From Octopus sinensis (Eukaryota), in NCBI RefSeq assembly GCF_006345805.1, contig NC_042999.1:65658001-65722000 (forward strand): a DNA stretch of 64,000 nucleotides, in the 5' to 3' direction. The notes beneath the pieces are model-generated. The model worked only from the letters and a program-made list of their open reading frames with translations. It was not told where the DNA came from and did no database searches. Position 1 is the stretch's first letter. The number at the start of each line of letters is the position of its first letter. This document shows positions 51,142 through 64,000 of the stretch, piece after piece. The position numbers were made by a program, and so were the translations under genes.

Positions 51142-51519
51142 AGCGGTCTTCGTCCCAGAGCTCGCAAGATCGCGCCTCTGTAGTGGGAGAAGTCCGAAAC
51201 ATGGTCCTTTGCTATTCGTAAGATCCGCAGAAGAGAAAGCAGGTCAACTCCCGACACCGAGAACATCGACGGATGGATGAATGCGCATCCAGGCTCAGCG
51301 GTTGCGTAGGAAGTCAGGGACAAGAAAGAGGAAGTAAGAGTGAGAGAAAGTTGGAGCGAAAGAGTAAAACAGGGGTTGTCACCACCCCTGCCGGAGCATC
51401 GTGGAGATTTTAGGTGTTTTCGCTCAATAAACACACACAACGCCCGGTCTAGGAATCGAAACCGCGATCCTCGGACCGCGAGTCCGCTGCCCTAACCCCT
51501 GGGCCATTGCGCCTCCACT
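51142..51519 (-). mobile_element. tRNA-derived SINE family C
   Basis: Reverse complement starts GGAGGCGCAATGGCCCAGGGGTTAGGGCAGCGGACTCGCGGTCCGAGGATCGCGGTTTCGATTCC; matches the 32737 copy. Confidence 0.88.
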
Positions 51520-51639
51520 TGCTGTTGCTGTTATGTTGTTACTCGAGTTGTTGGTCATGTAAGGAATGGTGTTGTAGTTGTTGTGAGAGTGGTGGATCTA
51601 GTAGTGCTAGCAGTGACAGAAATACTACCAGTCGTCGTC

Positions 51640-52100
51640 GTGTTGAACACTAGTAACATACAAAGTAGTAGTAATAGCAGCAGTTGTGCTAATAGTGTTG
51701 ATAGTAGTAGCAGTTGTGCAGATAGTGTGGTTAGTAATAGTAGTAGTGGTGGTGGTAGTAATGGTTGTAGGGATAGTAGTAGTAGTCTTTATAGCAACAG
51801 TAGCAGAAGTAGTTGAAGCTGCAGTGATTGTGATTGTAATAGTAGCGGTAGTAGTGGTGGTGGTAGTAATGGTTGTGACGATAGTAGTAGTAGTGTTTAT
51901 AGCAACACCAACAGTAGCTGTAGCGGAAGTAGTTGAAGCTGCAGTGATTGTAGTATTAGTAGTGGTGGGGATAATGGATGTGGGGATAGTAGTAGTAGTA
52001 GTAGTGTTTATAGCAACAGTAGCGGAAGTAGTTGGAGCTGCAGTGATTCTAATACTAGTGGTGGTGGTAGTGTAATAGTTGTAGTAGTAATTATTGCTGT
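51640..52100. repeat. (GTA/GTG)n-rich array with three copies of TTTATAGCAACA..GTAGC(A/G)GAAGTAGTTG(A/G)AGCTGCAGTGATT
   Basis: Copies near 51788, 51897 and 52006. Confidence 0.8.
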
Positions 52101-52587
52101 TGTTGTTCTTTTAAAACTGACGGTTTTGATTGTGAAAGGGCATGGCGTATAAAATCTACTTTAATTTATTAATGCAAAATTCGATGCTTTTCCAACCACA
52201 AAATCGACGAGAATTTCTTGATTATTTTTCTTGTATTTATTTATCTTTCCTATTAGGGGATTCGATAAATCGAAATTATAAAGGTCGTATCAGCTTTAAA
52301 GTTTCTTCCCCGCCTCTATTTCAGGCGACCATATTCAAATATGCTGATCATATGTAATTATCGCTTTCGAACTTATCGGAATCCAATCCGACTGAGGATT
52401 GGTGTAAAAATTGATAAAACTGAACGCTATCACATGAATTAAAAATATCTGTATGTATGTATGTTTGTATGGATAAATGGATGTGTATATGATCTGTGTG
52501 TGTGTGTGTTTGCGTGTGAATATATAAACTGTTATATATTCGATCCATATTACAAGATTAAATTAGATTGCTTCCATTGCATATTTT

Positions 52588-53050
52588 CCAGTTTAAGCAT
52601 CCATGCATATGTATGTATGTATGGATGAATAGATGTATGCACGAGGGACGCATATATATGTATACCTGTGTATATTAGTGAATGTATGTATATATGTGTA
52701 CGTGTAAGTGTATCGTGCGATTATGCAAAAAAACACGAACTCTCCAGTTTAAGCATCCATGCATAATATATGTATGGATAGATGTATGCATGTGGGACGC
52801 GTGTATGTATGTATATCTGTGTATATTGGTGAATGTATGTATATATGTGTATGGGTGTAAGTGTTATTGTGCGTATATACAAAAACACGAACTCTCCAGT
52901 TTAAGCATCCATGCATAATGTATGTATGTATGTATGGATAGATGTATGCATGTGGGACGCATATATGTATGTGTATCTGTGTATTGAATGTATGTATATG
53001 TGTGTGTGTGTGTAAGTGTATCGTGCGTATATGCAAAAAAACACAAACTC
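52588..53050. repeat. Three-copy tandem repeat, about 154-bp period
   Basis: CCAGTTTAAGCATCCATGCATA at 52588, 52744 and 52896. Confidence 0.88.
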
Positions 53051-53503
53051 ACACATGTATATGTACAGGCATCGGAGAGAATGTAGCTTTAAGATATTTA
53101 TTTATATACAATTTCACCAATACTTATATACATGAATATACACGTAGGTTTTTTTTCTCACATACATTCACAAACACACACACATGCACATACGTGTACG
53201 TGTGGTTGCCTGTCTGTTCGTGTAAGTGTGTGTGTGTGTGAGTAAGAACGTGTGTCAGTGATTCTTTGTTCCTTTTACTTTTTTCAGAGAGCGCCTTGTA
53301 AACTGGTAAATCGTTTCTAAGTGTATAGGTTAGCTGATACATATATATTCTGTTATTCTATACTTTCTAACGTGGTTTCCGAAAGGAATCTCCCTGAACG
53401 CACAGTTCTTTGCATTAGCTATTATTCCCCACACCATTGTGATGTACCCAGCCATAGCTAAAGAATCAATAACCATATTTTGTCGCTTATATAACCATGC
53501 ATA

Positions 53504-53904
53504 GGTGCAGGAGTGGCTGTGGGGTAAGTAGCTTGCTTACCAACCACATGGTCCTGGGTTCAGTCCTACTGGGTGGCATCTTGGGGAAGTGTCTCCTACT
53601 ATAGCTTCAGGTCGACCAAAGCCTTGTGAGTGGATTTGATAGACGGAAACTGAACGAAACCCGTCGTATGTATGTATGTATTTATATGTGCGTGTGTCTG
53701 TGTTTGTCCCCCACTATCGTTTGATTAACCGATGCTAGTGTGTTTACGTCTCCGTATCTTAGCGGTTCAGCAAAAGAGAACAATAGAATAAGTAGTAGGC
53801 TTACAGAGAATAACTCACGGAGTCTATTTGTTGGACTAAAAGGCGCTGCTCTAGCATGGCCGCAGTCAAATGACTGAAACAAGTAAAAGCATAAAAGAAT
53901 AAAA
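53504..53904 (+). mobile_element. tRNA-derived SINE family B, full length
   Basis: GGTGCAGGAGTGGCTGTGGGGTAAGTAGCTTGC head; tail GCATGGCCGCAGTCAAATGACTGAAACAAGTAAAAG. Confidence 0.9.
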
Positions 53905-55116
53905 ATGTGCTTAAAAATTTGGTGCCGTAACAACTTTTGTCATTGAAAAATTCAGATAATGCATGATCGGCGAAGATTGCTGAAAAGAGAACGAGACATC
54001 AAGTTTTGTACAAGATTTTCTTCTTCGAAATTTAGGAAAGTTTCTTGTTTTCTTGAATTGCTGTGGATAGGCCACGGGTCACCAGCAGATCAGTCAGTGT
54101 CATTTCATGAAGCGGTAGAAACACGCTTGAAATAATTCACTAATATATCCAACAGCCTTAAGCGACAACGGTAACACAATTTTACAAATGTCCAATCTCA
54201 TCCGATGAAATCGTTGAGAGCTGTGTCTCATTAACGTATACGTATACAAGGGCACACAAAACAGACATTTCAAAAGCGAAACGAAATATAAGATATCTAC
54301 AAATATCAATTTAGTAATATGCATTGCATAATCTGTCTCTCCTATGCAACAAAATATGCTTTCTTGCGTGTATGTGTTATATGTCTGCATGCATGTACGT
54401 ACGTATTCAAATATCATTATTTATTATTTCATTTCTGAGTAACAATAGTATTTTCAAATAAAAGCAAAGTAATGCCGTTTCAAATATCCATTGAAAATTA
54501 ATAGAAATTTCGTAAAGTATTGGGCTACTTTAGCAAAATTTAATTCATTGTGAATCTAATGTTTGCAATTTAAAAAAATATCTTTATTTTATATTATACA
54601 AATAGATTTAAAATTCCAATATGACTAACAATAATTGAAATTTTGAAAAAGACCAAAAACTAACATCCATTTCACGATACTTTTTCAATTACCAAACATT
54701 CCATTCTTTCTAACGTGTATTTAATTTTTATGAATTTTTCGATTAATGCATAAACACTTGCACACTCACACACACACGCACGCATGCGCACTAACATACA
54801 CACATACGCACACACACACTCACACATACACACATGCAAACGCTCGCATGTATGTATATATACCTGTGTATACACTTGGTATTGAATGTTGGATGAAGAG
54901 TATTATTCCATACAATGGAAGCGATTAATATATTTTATTTTAGCTGAGTCAGTCACTTGATACTCTGAGTTATCAAGGGATTGGGGTGAACAGGGTCTTC
55001 CGGCAAGTTATAAAAGAATATTGGTAGAAATTAGAGATCAATGTGGAAATAATTACACTAATTCTGGTTTCATGCTGAGTATCTATCTATCTATATATAT
55101 ATATATATATATATAT

Positions 55117-55422
55117 TGATAAAACGGTAAGATAACAAAAGAAAGAAAGAGACCTCAATATTATGTAAATAGAGGAAAGTTATCTATACAATAATGTGTT
55201 ACTTTACTCGGTAGTCAAGATAAAACTGAGTTTCAGATGCCGAAGTGGAAATCCACAACACCATCTCTTCGGTTATCTGGCTATTTGAAAACGCTTTATT
55301 TAACGGTATTTTTTCATAGCGTTTTCAAATAGCCAGATAACCGAAGAGATGGTGTTGTGGATTTCCAATTCGGCATCTGAAACTCAGAGTTTTATCTTGA
55401 CTACCGAGTAAAGTAACATATT

Positions 55423-55430
<8 letters not shown>
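55117..55430. mobile_element. Head-to-head palindromic pair of an HHR-bearing element; arms 55185-55295 and 55318-55430, 22-bp spacer, both ends in TA
   Basis: The arms are near-perfect reverse complements (2 substitutions and a 2-bp indel); the left arm continues to the element end at about 55117, as shown by the 2278-2430 copy. Confidence 0.9.
55335..55397 (+). ncRNA. Variant type I hammerhead fold (U4C core, GUU triplet)
   Basis: Stem I AGAUAA/UUAUCU; CCGAAGA at 55341-55347; stem II GAUG/CAUC with one extra U before GAAA (55379-55382); stem III ACUC-A-GAGU; H17 at 55391. Confidence 0.6.
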
Positions 55431-55462
<32 letters not shown>

Positions 55463-55499
55463 TTAGAATATCATCGAAGCTATATATAACTATTCCTTC

Positions 55500-55690
55500 T
55501 GACCGCTAAATCTACAGTGTTTCGTGTTTTTATCCTCTCTCTGTTTATTTCCTCTTATTCCTTTGTGTTGAAGAGCGTAAGCTCGAAACGTAAAAGACTT
55601 TCTCACTTTCACGACCGTCAAACTAATACATCTGCTTGTTGTTCATACACCTGTTTTCATCCTTTGTTTTTCTATAAATTTTAACTATTC
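55500..55690 (+). repeat. Second copy of the GAAGAG-CGTAAG-CTCGAAACGT repeat family
   Basis: Homologous to the reverse complement of 28480-28690. Confidence 0.6.
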
Positions 55691-55885
55691 CTTCATATCA
55701 CTCTCATGGTCTTATCCATCTCCCTATGTTCTCTCTGGTTGGAAGATTAACTTCCCAAATGTTATCATTTTCATACTTTCCATTGAAGTGTTAACATAAT
55801 ACCATGCTTGCTTATCCAGGGACATGCTTCGTAATGTATGCTGTCTTTCCTTTATACTGTATGTATGTATGCCTGTGTTTATACT

Positions 55886-55967
<82 letters not shown>

Positions 55968-56252
55968 ATAGAGGGCATTATTACACATAAATGCCACACG
56001 CTAAGAGGGACATAAGTCATTACTACCAAAATTTAACTAATCATACCTAATACAGCTGCCGAAGCAAGACATTTAAAAACTGAATTTAGTTCTATATCAC
56101 CTGTGATTTCGCAATTAACGTATTAAATACGTGTTTTTTCATCAGTAGAACAGATTCTGAACACATCATAAATAAACAACCAACATACCTAGCGAAGCCA
56201 AACAGAGATCTGCTCCCCTCGGACGCATATGTTATTCAGTTCCTAAGGGTAT

Positions 56253-56793
56253 TTGAGACACACGGATATCCTACGCCTGAGAACACAGACCAGCTCCATC
56301 CAGAAACACAGACCAACTAAACGTCGCAAGTGGGATATCTCCAAAATCTGTTTACTGAAAATTCCCGACGTCAATGAGAAGACTACCTCCACCATCATCT
56401 ACAAAACTATCAGCAGGGAAAGATTCGACATTCAGTTGGCCCATACACTTATCAACGGGGTGGTCACGTGCAGTACAATAGACCTGCTCGCTAACGAACT
56501 CCCCCATTCATGACATTACCATGTGCTTACGAACGTGCGTAGTATACCAAATACGATGTTCAACATTTTACAGCTACTACACTGGTAGCATAACACAACC
56601 AACCCACATCCGAATCAAGGAGGATCTCATTATCAACGCTTGCTCATTCGGCAAATACATGGCCAAATATAGCAAGACCACTGATGAGAAAGACGCCTCA
56701 AAGAGGAACACTGGCAATTTTCTTAGTAAAGAAGCTCTGCTGATCCACAGCCTCAACCCGAAAATTAACAGTTGGTTGGAGTTGAGCCGCTGA
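56253..56793 (+). mobile_element. Penelope-like element ORF C-terminus: linker and GIY-YIG endonuclease, degenerate
   Basis: CVVYQIRCSTFYSYYTGSITQPTHIRIKED (GIY-YIG motifs) and FLSKEALLIHSLNPKIN; upstream linker CLLKIPDVNEK. Confidence 0.82.
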
Positions 56794-57024
56794 TTTCTTT
56801 GACACAGCATCCAAAACATGGTGAACGGCCTACAATAAGGGCTGGAATCCTGTTTACAGCAACACATGAACAGCCGGCAACACTTGGAGAGTGCCTGGTA
56901 CTAATACTAGTATTTAGATAACTCCGTCACATCATCTTACAGATGGTAAGTAGCCTACATCAATAGCTGCAAGTTTGCACCAACGCTTAGAGCATCGATA
57001 TGACCTACGCTTGGAGAGTGACTG

Positions 57025-57398
57025 TTACTGCTACATAACGTTACCTTCTGAGTTCAAATTCCGTCGAGGTCGACTTTGCCTTTCATCCTTTCGGGGTCGA
57101 TTAAATAAGTACCAGTTACGCACTGGAGTCGATATAATCGACTTAATCCGTTTGTCTGTCCTTGTTTGTCTTCTCTGTGTTTAGTCCCTTGTGGGTAGTA
57201 AAGAAATAGGTATTTCGTCTGCCATTACGTTCTTAGTTCAAATTCCGCCGAGGTCGACTTTGCCTTTCATCCTTTCGGGGTCGATTAATTAAGTACCAGC
57301 TACGCACTGGTTCGATATAATCGACTTCATCTGTTTGTCTGTCCTTCTTTGTTCCCTCTTTTTTTTAGCCCCGTGTGGGTTGTAAAGAAATAGGTATT
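57025..57398 (+). mobile_element. Tandem dimer of SINE family A body (about 182-bp period), headless
   Basis: AGTTCAAATTCCG..GAGGTCGACTTTGCCTTTCATCCTTTCGGGGTCGATTAA at about 57051 and 57235, each ending in GTAAAGAAATAGGTATT. Confidence 0.88.
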
Positions 57399-57700
57399 CG
57401 CTGCGTGATTGTTTTCCGAAAGAACAACTGTCTTCCTAGACGGCGGATTTTTAAAAAAATGGAGTTTCAATACCGTCAGTGAAAGAACACCTTGCTCAAT
57501 TGTGACTACATGGGAATATCAGTCAGTTACGTGGAGATTTTGACACAAAATTGATCTCTAAGACAAATTCCCTCAGTCGCATGGCACTCACATTCTTGTG
57601 TGTAGATTCGATTTGAAAATTAATACGCACATCAATATTTCGGTTCTACCTGCATCATATACTTAACTTAGGTCATACACACACAGACACATATTGTGTG

Positions 57701-57770
<70 letters not shown>

Positions 57771-57984
57771 TAGATACATATATACACATGCATATGTATA
57801 TATATTTATATATACGTACACACACACACACAGATAGGTTGATGCAAACAAACAGGAAACATATAGAACTCAAAATATGTATGTATACACTTAGCTATAT
57901 TTTTTTCTATATACACGAACCCACGTACATATGTGCGCGAGCAAACACCCATATAGCCATACATTTGGACACATACACACAAAC

Positions 57985-58024
<40 letters not shown>

Positions 58025-58476
58025 TCTATTGTAGACACAACACTATTTCCTGACAATTCCTCTTATGTTGCTTAAAATATCACCGTAGCTTTTTTTTCAA
58101 TATCTCATGCAATATCTTAGCATAATATTTACATAATCAAAACAAAACCTGCTTGTAATAAACGAAAAACAACACTGCTTCACACTGATCTATTCAAAAT
58201 TTACATCATGTGACAGTTTTCTGTTTCGTAATAATATATTTCTTTAAAAATGGAATGGCTGCTTTTTGTTTTTGTTTAGGTTTTTCTGTTCACATTGAAC
58301 AAATATATTCAGCTTTTCATTATAACGAAGAATAATCGAAATGTTGAGAAAATTCCAAAACTAACACAACACATCTAGTTCTCATTATATTTCTATTCCC
58401 AAATTTATCAATATTTGTAAAGTTAGTACATTTATTATTAAAATTTCCATATTATATATATATATATATATATATA

Positions 58477-58594
<118 letters not shown>

Positions 58595-58858
58595 GTATAT
58601 ATATATATATGTATGTATGTATGTATGTATATGAGTATGGTTATTTTTGAGTGAATGAGTTTGTATGTGTATGTGTGTATGGTTATTACTTGCATGCGTA
58701 TATATTTGAACCTACACGTGTATACACGCGTACGCACTTATATATTTATACATAGGCATTCATAGTCATTTACCATTTATCTCTATATGTGGGTATAAAT
58801 AGACATATAGGCATGGATATACATATACACGAATATATAAGTGTGTATTTATACGTTT

Positions 58859-58899
<41 letters not shown>

Positions 58900-58902
<3 letters not shown>

Positions 58903-59098
58903 CTAGATATATACATTCAAATATATATACACAGATATATATGATGGGATATACCTATATATACTTATATATAGATGCATATAGATACATACACACACAC
59001 ATATAGATACACACACACACATAGATGCACACACACACATATACATACACACACACACATACATACACACACACATACATACACACACACATACATGT

Positions 59099-59159
<61 letters not shown>

Positions 59160-61330
59160 AGATACATATATATAGATATATACATATATATATATACATA
59201 CGTACATATATATATATATATATATACATACATATATATATATATAGATATATACATATATATATAGATATATACATATATATATAGATATATACATATA
59301 TATATAGATATATACATATATATATAGATATATACATATATATATAGATATATACATATATATATAGATATATACATATATATATATACATACGTACATA
59401 TATATATAGATATATACATATATATATAGATATATACATATATATAGATATATACATATATATATATACATACGTACATATATATATAGATATATACATA
59501 TATATATAGATATATACATATAAATATATAGATATATACATATATATATATACATACGTACATATATATATATAGATATATACATATATATATACATACG
59601 TACATATATATATAGATATATACATATATATATACATACGTACATATATATATAGATATATACATATATATATACATACGTACATATATATATATAGATA
59701 TATACATATATATATACATACGTACATATATATATATAGATTATACATATATATATACATACTTACATAATATATATATAGATATACATATTATATACAT
59801 ACTTACATATATATTATATATAGATATACATATTATATATACATACTTACATATATATATATAGATATACATATATATATACATACTTACATATATATAT
59901 ATAGATATACATATATATATACATACTTACATATATATATATAGATATACATATATATATACATACTTACATATATATATATAGATATACATATATATAT
60001 ACATACTTACATATATATATATATAGATATACATATATATATACATACTTACATATATATATATATAGATATACATATATATATACATACTTACATATAT
60101 ATATATAGATATACATATATATATACATACTTACATATATATATATAGATAACATATATATATACATACTTACATATATATATATAGATATACATATATA
60201 TACATACTACATATATATATAAGATATACATATATATAACATACTTACATATATATATATAGATATACATATATATTACATACTTACATATATATATATA
60301 GATATACATATATATATACATACTTACATATATATATATAGATATATACATATATATATATACATATATATATACATACTTACATATATTATATAGATAT
60401 ATACATATATATATATATATACATACGTACATATATATATAGATATATACATATATTATATACATATATACATATATATATACATATATACATATATATA
60501 ATACATACGTACATATATATTGATATATACATATATATATATATATACATACGTACATATATATTGATATATACATATATATATATACATACGTACATAT
60601 ATATATATAGATATATACATATACATATATATATATACATATACATATATATATATACATACGTACATATATATATATACATACGTACATATATATATAT
60701 ACATACGTACATATATATATATACATACGTACATATATATATATATATACATATATACATATATATATATATATACATACGTACATATATATATATACAT
60801 ACGTACATATATATATATACATACGTACATATATATATATATATACATATATACATATATATATATACATATATACATATATATATATATACATATATAC
60901 ATATATACATATATACATATATATACATATACATATATACATATATACATATATACATATATATACATATACATATATATATATATACATACGTACATAT
61001 ATATATATATATATACATATATACACATACGTACATATATATATATATATACATATATACACATACGTACATATATATATATATATACATATATACACAT
61101 ACGTACATATATATATATATATACATATATACATATATATATATACATATATACATATAATATACATATATACATATATATACATATACATATATACATA
61201 TATACATATAGATATATACATATATACATATATATATATACATATACATATATACATATATATAATATACATATATACATATATACATATATATACATAT
61301 ATACATATACATATATATATACATATATAC

Positions 61331-61365
<35 letters not shown>

Positions 61366-61429
61366 CATATATTATACTATATATATATATATATTACATA
61401 TATATATATATATATACTATATATATACA

Positions 61430-61463
<34 letters not shown>

Positions 61464-62372
61464 CACATATATACATATATACATATATATACATATATAT
61501 ATATACATATATTACATATATATATACATATATATACATATATACATATATATACATATATATATACATATATATACATATATATATACATATATATACA
61601 TATATATATACATATATATACATATATATATACATATATATACATATATATATACATATATATACATATATATATACATATATAATACATATATATATAC
61701 ATATATATATACATATATATACATATATATATATATACATATATATACATTATATACATATATATACATATATATACATATATATTATACATATATATAC
61801 ATATATATATACATATATACATATATATACATATATACATATATATACATATACATATATATACATATATATATATATATATACATATATAACATATATA
61901 TATACATATATATACATATATATACATATATATACATATATATACATATATATATATATATACATATATACATATATATACATATATATATATATACATA
62001 TATATACATATATATATACATATATATACATATTATATACATATATAATATACATATATATATTACATATATATACATCTATATATACATATATATATAT
62101 ATTATATACATATATATACATATATATATATACTATATATATACATATATATATACCATATACATATATATACATATACATATATTATATATACATATTA
62201 TATATATATATATATCTATATATATATACATATATATATATATACCTATATATACATATATATATATATACATATATATACATATATATATATACATATA
62301 TATACATATATATATATATATACATATATATACATATATATAATATAATATAATACATATATATACATATAT

Positions 62373-62407
<35 letters not shown>

Positions 62408-62408
62408 C

Positions 62409-62441
<33 letters not shown>

Positions 62442-62560
62442 CATATATATACATATATATACATATATATACATATATATATATATATACATATATATAT
62501 AATATATATAATATATATATATATATCCATATATATATACGTACGTACATATATATATAT
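58900..62560. repeat. 3.6-kb TA-based array with higher-order units (TAGATATATACATATATATATACATAC(G/T)TACATA) grading into (TATACA)n
   Basis: Direct inspection. Confidence 0.95.
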
Positions 62561-63323
62561 TATATATATATATGTGTGTGTGTGTATAAATGTATTATGT
62601 GTGTGCACGTATATACATGCGTAATGAGAGATGGGGAGTCCCTTATGGCCATTGGATTGCATCAAATGCCATTTACATGATTGGTCACTTTACTGTTGAA
62701 CCAAATTAATGTTTACAAGTCCAAACATTAACAACCAATGTGATTGCTCTCGTGTTGCTTAAAACCAATTATAGACACTCCATTTGCTGCTTTGTGCCCT
62801 ACTGACAACGCACATTGATTTTTATTCCATTTTCAAACAGAAACGTTCGAACCATTACATTCTTCTCTCTTTGTGGCATGGCATTAATCGAAGTCTTTAA
62901 CTCTTCTATTATCTTTCATGATTGCTAACATGATTGCGTAGACGTTTGCTAGTTTCTTGGAATTTAAACGGAACTTTCTATTTAAAGAATTTGTTAGTAT
63001 TATAATACAACTTTTAACCTTTCCCTATGAATGTAGGTTCACAATTCAGATTCCTAACAAAATTCGAAACAATCTACTCCATCGAAGTTACAATATTTAA
63101 ATAAGGCATGGACACCTTATCACTTTTGATGTTGTTGCATTAACTCCAGCACTCTCCAAATCCAATCCATTAGATCTTCCGAACTGTCACTCCACCGTCC
63201 AGTTGTTTCTACTACTCAGTCAGTGTTCTCCGCTCCCTGGATTAGGCTGAGATGATATAATTCAAGCCAAGCATTTCCGACTCACTTGTCTCTCCTCTGG
63301 ACGACGATATGTCCCTCATTTCT

Positions 63324-63560
63324 AAGGCGGCGAGCGGGCAGAAACGTTAGCACGCCTGGCGAAATGCGTAGCCGTATTTCGTCTGCCGTCTCTTTCTGAG
63401 TTCAAATTACGCCGAGGTCGACTTTGCCTTTCATCCGTTCGGGGTCGATAAATTAAGTACCAGTTACGCACTGGGGTCGATGTGATCGACTTAATTCGTT
63501 TGTCTGTCCTTGTTTGTCCCCTTTGTGTTTAGCCCCTTGCAAGTAGTAAAGAAATAGATA
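63324..63560 (+). mobile_element. tRNA-derived SINE family A, with head
   Basis: AAGGCGGCGAGCGGGCAGAAACGTTAGCACGCC head, GAGTTCAAAT B-box, GTCGACTTTGCCTTTCATCCGTTCGGGGTCGATAAATTAAGTACCAG body. Confidence 0.88.
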
Positions 63561-64000
63561 TGTTACTTAATCCAGGCGTCGCTTTAAGAATCACATGCAG
63601 TACTTCCTGTATGTTTTTCCAAACATTTACATATCGACTGTTTCTACTAGAACGCAGTTGTATGTTGTTATTTAATTTTTAATAGATGGAAATGGACTCA
63701 TGTGATAAGCCTGGTCCGCTACCGAGCTCATTGACACAGCTGATTCTAGACCAATCTGTTGAAAATATTTACATCAGATGCGTATTTTCAGGAATCGACC
63801 AGGAACTCTCCTTTATACATTATTTTTCTAAATCCATCATTTACTGAGGGCCTACTAGTATTTTATGACGACATCTATTCTCTTCATAAGCTATAATATT
63901 CTTCATATTATTTGTTTCATATTTTGCCACGAGGACACATAGATATAATTTCCTTCTTGACAGATCTTAGATACGGAGCATTTACTGAGAAGGCCTACTA

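Noticed and set aside
50295-52075. Poly-Ile, poly-Met and poly-Val ORFs that look like transmembrane proteins
   Set aside because: They are reading frames of (GAT)n and (GTA)n trinucleotide arrays.
55117-55430. Interpretation as a Tc1/mariner MITE with long TIRs and TA TSD
   Set aside because: A lone directional copy exists at 2278-2430, the arms are of unequal extent, and each arm carries an HHR fold. Not fully excluded without genome-wide copies.
56681-56692. CTGATGAGAAAG hammerhead-like motif
   Set aside because: There is no stem II between CTGATGA and GAAA and no stem III or NUH; it lies within the GIY-YIG coding frame.
63838-64000. Direct repeat CATTTACTGAG(A)(A/G)GGCCTACTA at 63838 and 63979
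   Set aside because: It is cut by the window edge, so a TSD, LTR or tandem unit cannot be distinguished.

Overview
AT-rich, repeat-saturated eukaryotic DNA. The SINE families and the very long (TA)n/(TATACA)n arrays point to an octopus genome; this is inferred from recognising the repeats, not from a database search. I find no recognisable host protein-coding gene, rRNA, true tRNA gene or CRISPR array, and nearly all long ORFs in the track are microsatellite artefacts. Protein-coding remnants are all from mobile elements: several CR1-group LINEs (one nearly full length at 11.56-14.95 kb), an RTE LINE 3' end, an R4/Dong-like REL-endonuclease fragment, a Penelope GIY-YIG fragment, two Tc1/mariner transposase remnants and an internally deleted Gypsy (Mag/K02A2.6-like) element. 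Non-coding elements include four tRNA-derived SINE types, Lep1-like non-autonomous Helitrons and hAT MITEs. The most interesting signal is a set of hammerhead ribozyme (HHR) folds. One is fully canonical (10272-10379: CUGAUGA/GAAA/GUC, long stems I and II, self-complementary stem III). At least four other sequence families carry variant or decayed HHR topologies. Most of these elements end in TA microsatellites and several occur as inverted pairs, consistent with Penelope-derived or retrozyme-like elements. A 56-bp tandem unit containing a tRNA-Ser primer-binding site, matching the Gypsy leader, also sits inside an hAT MITE. All structures were folded by eye, and coordinates of degenerate elements are approximate.
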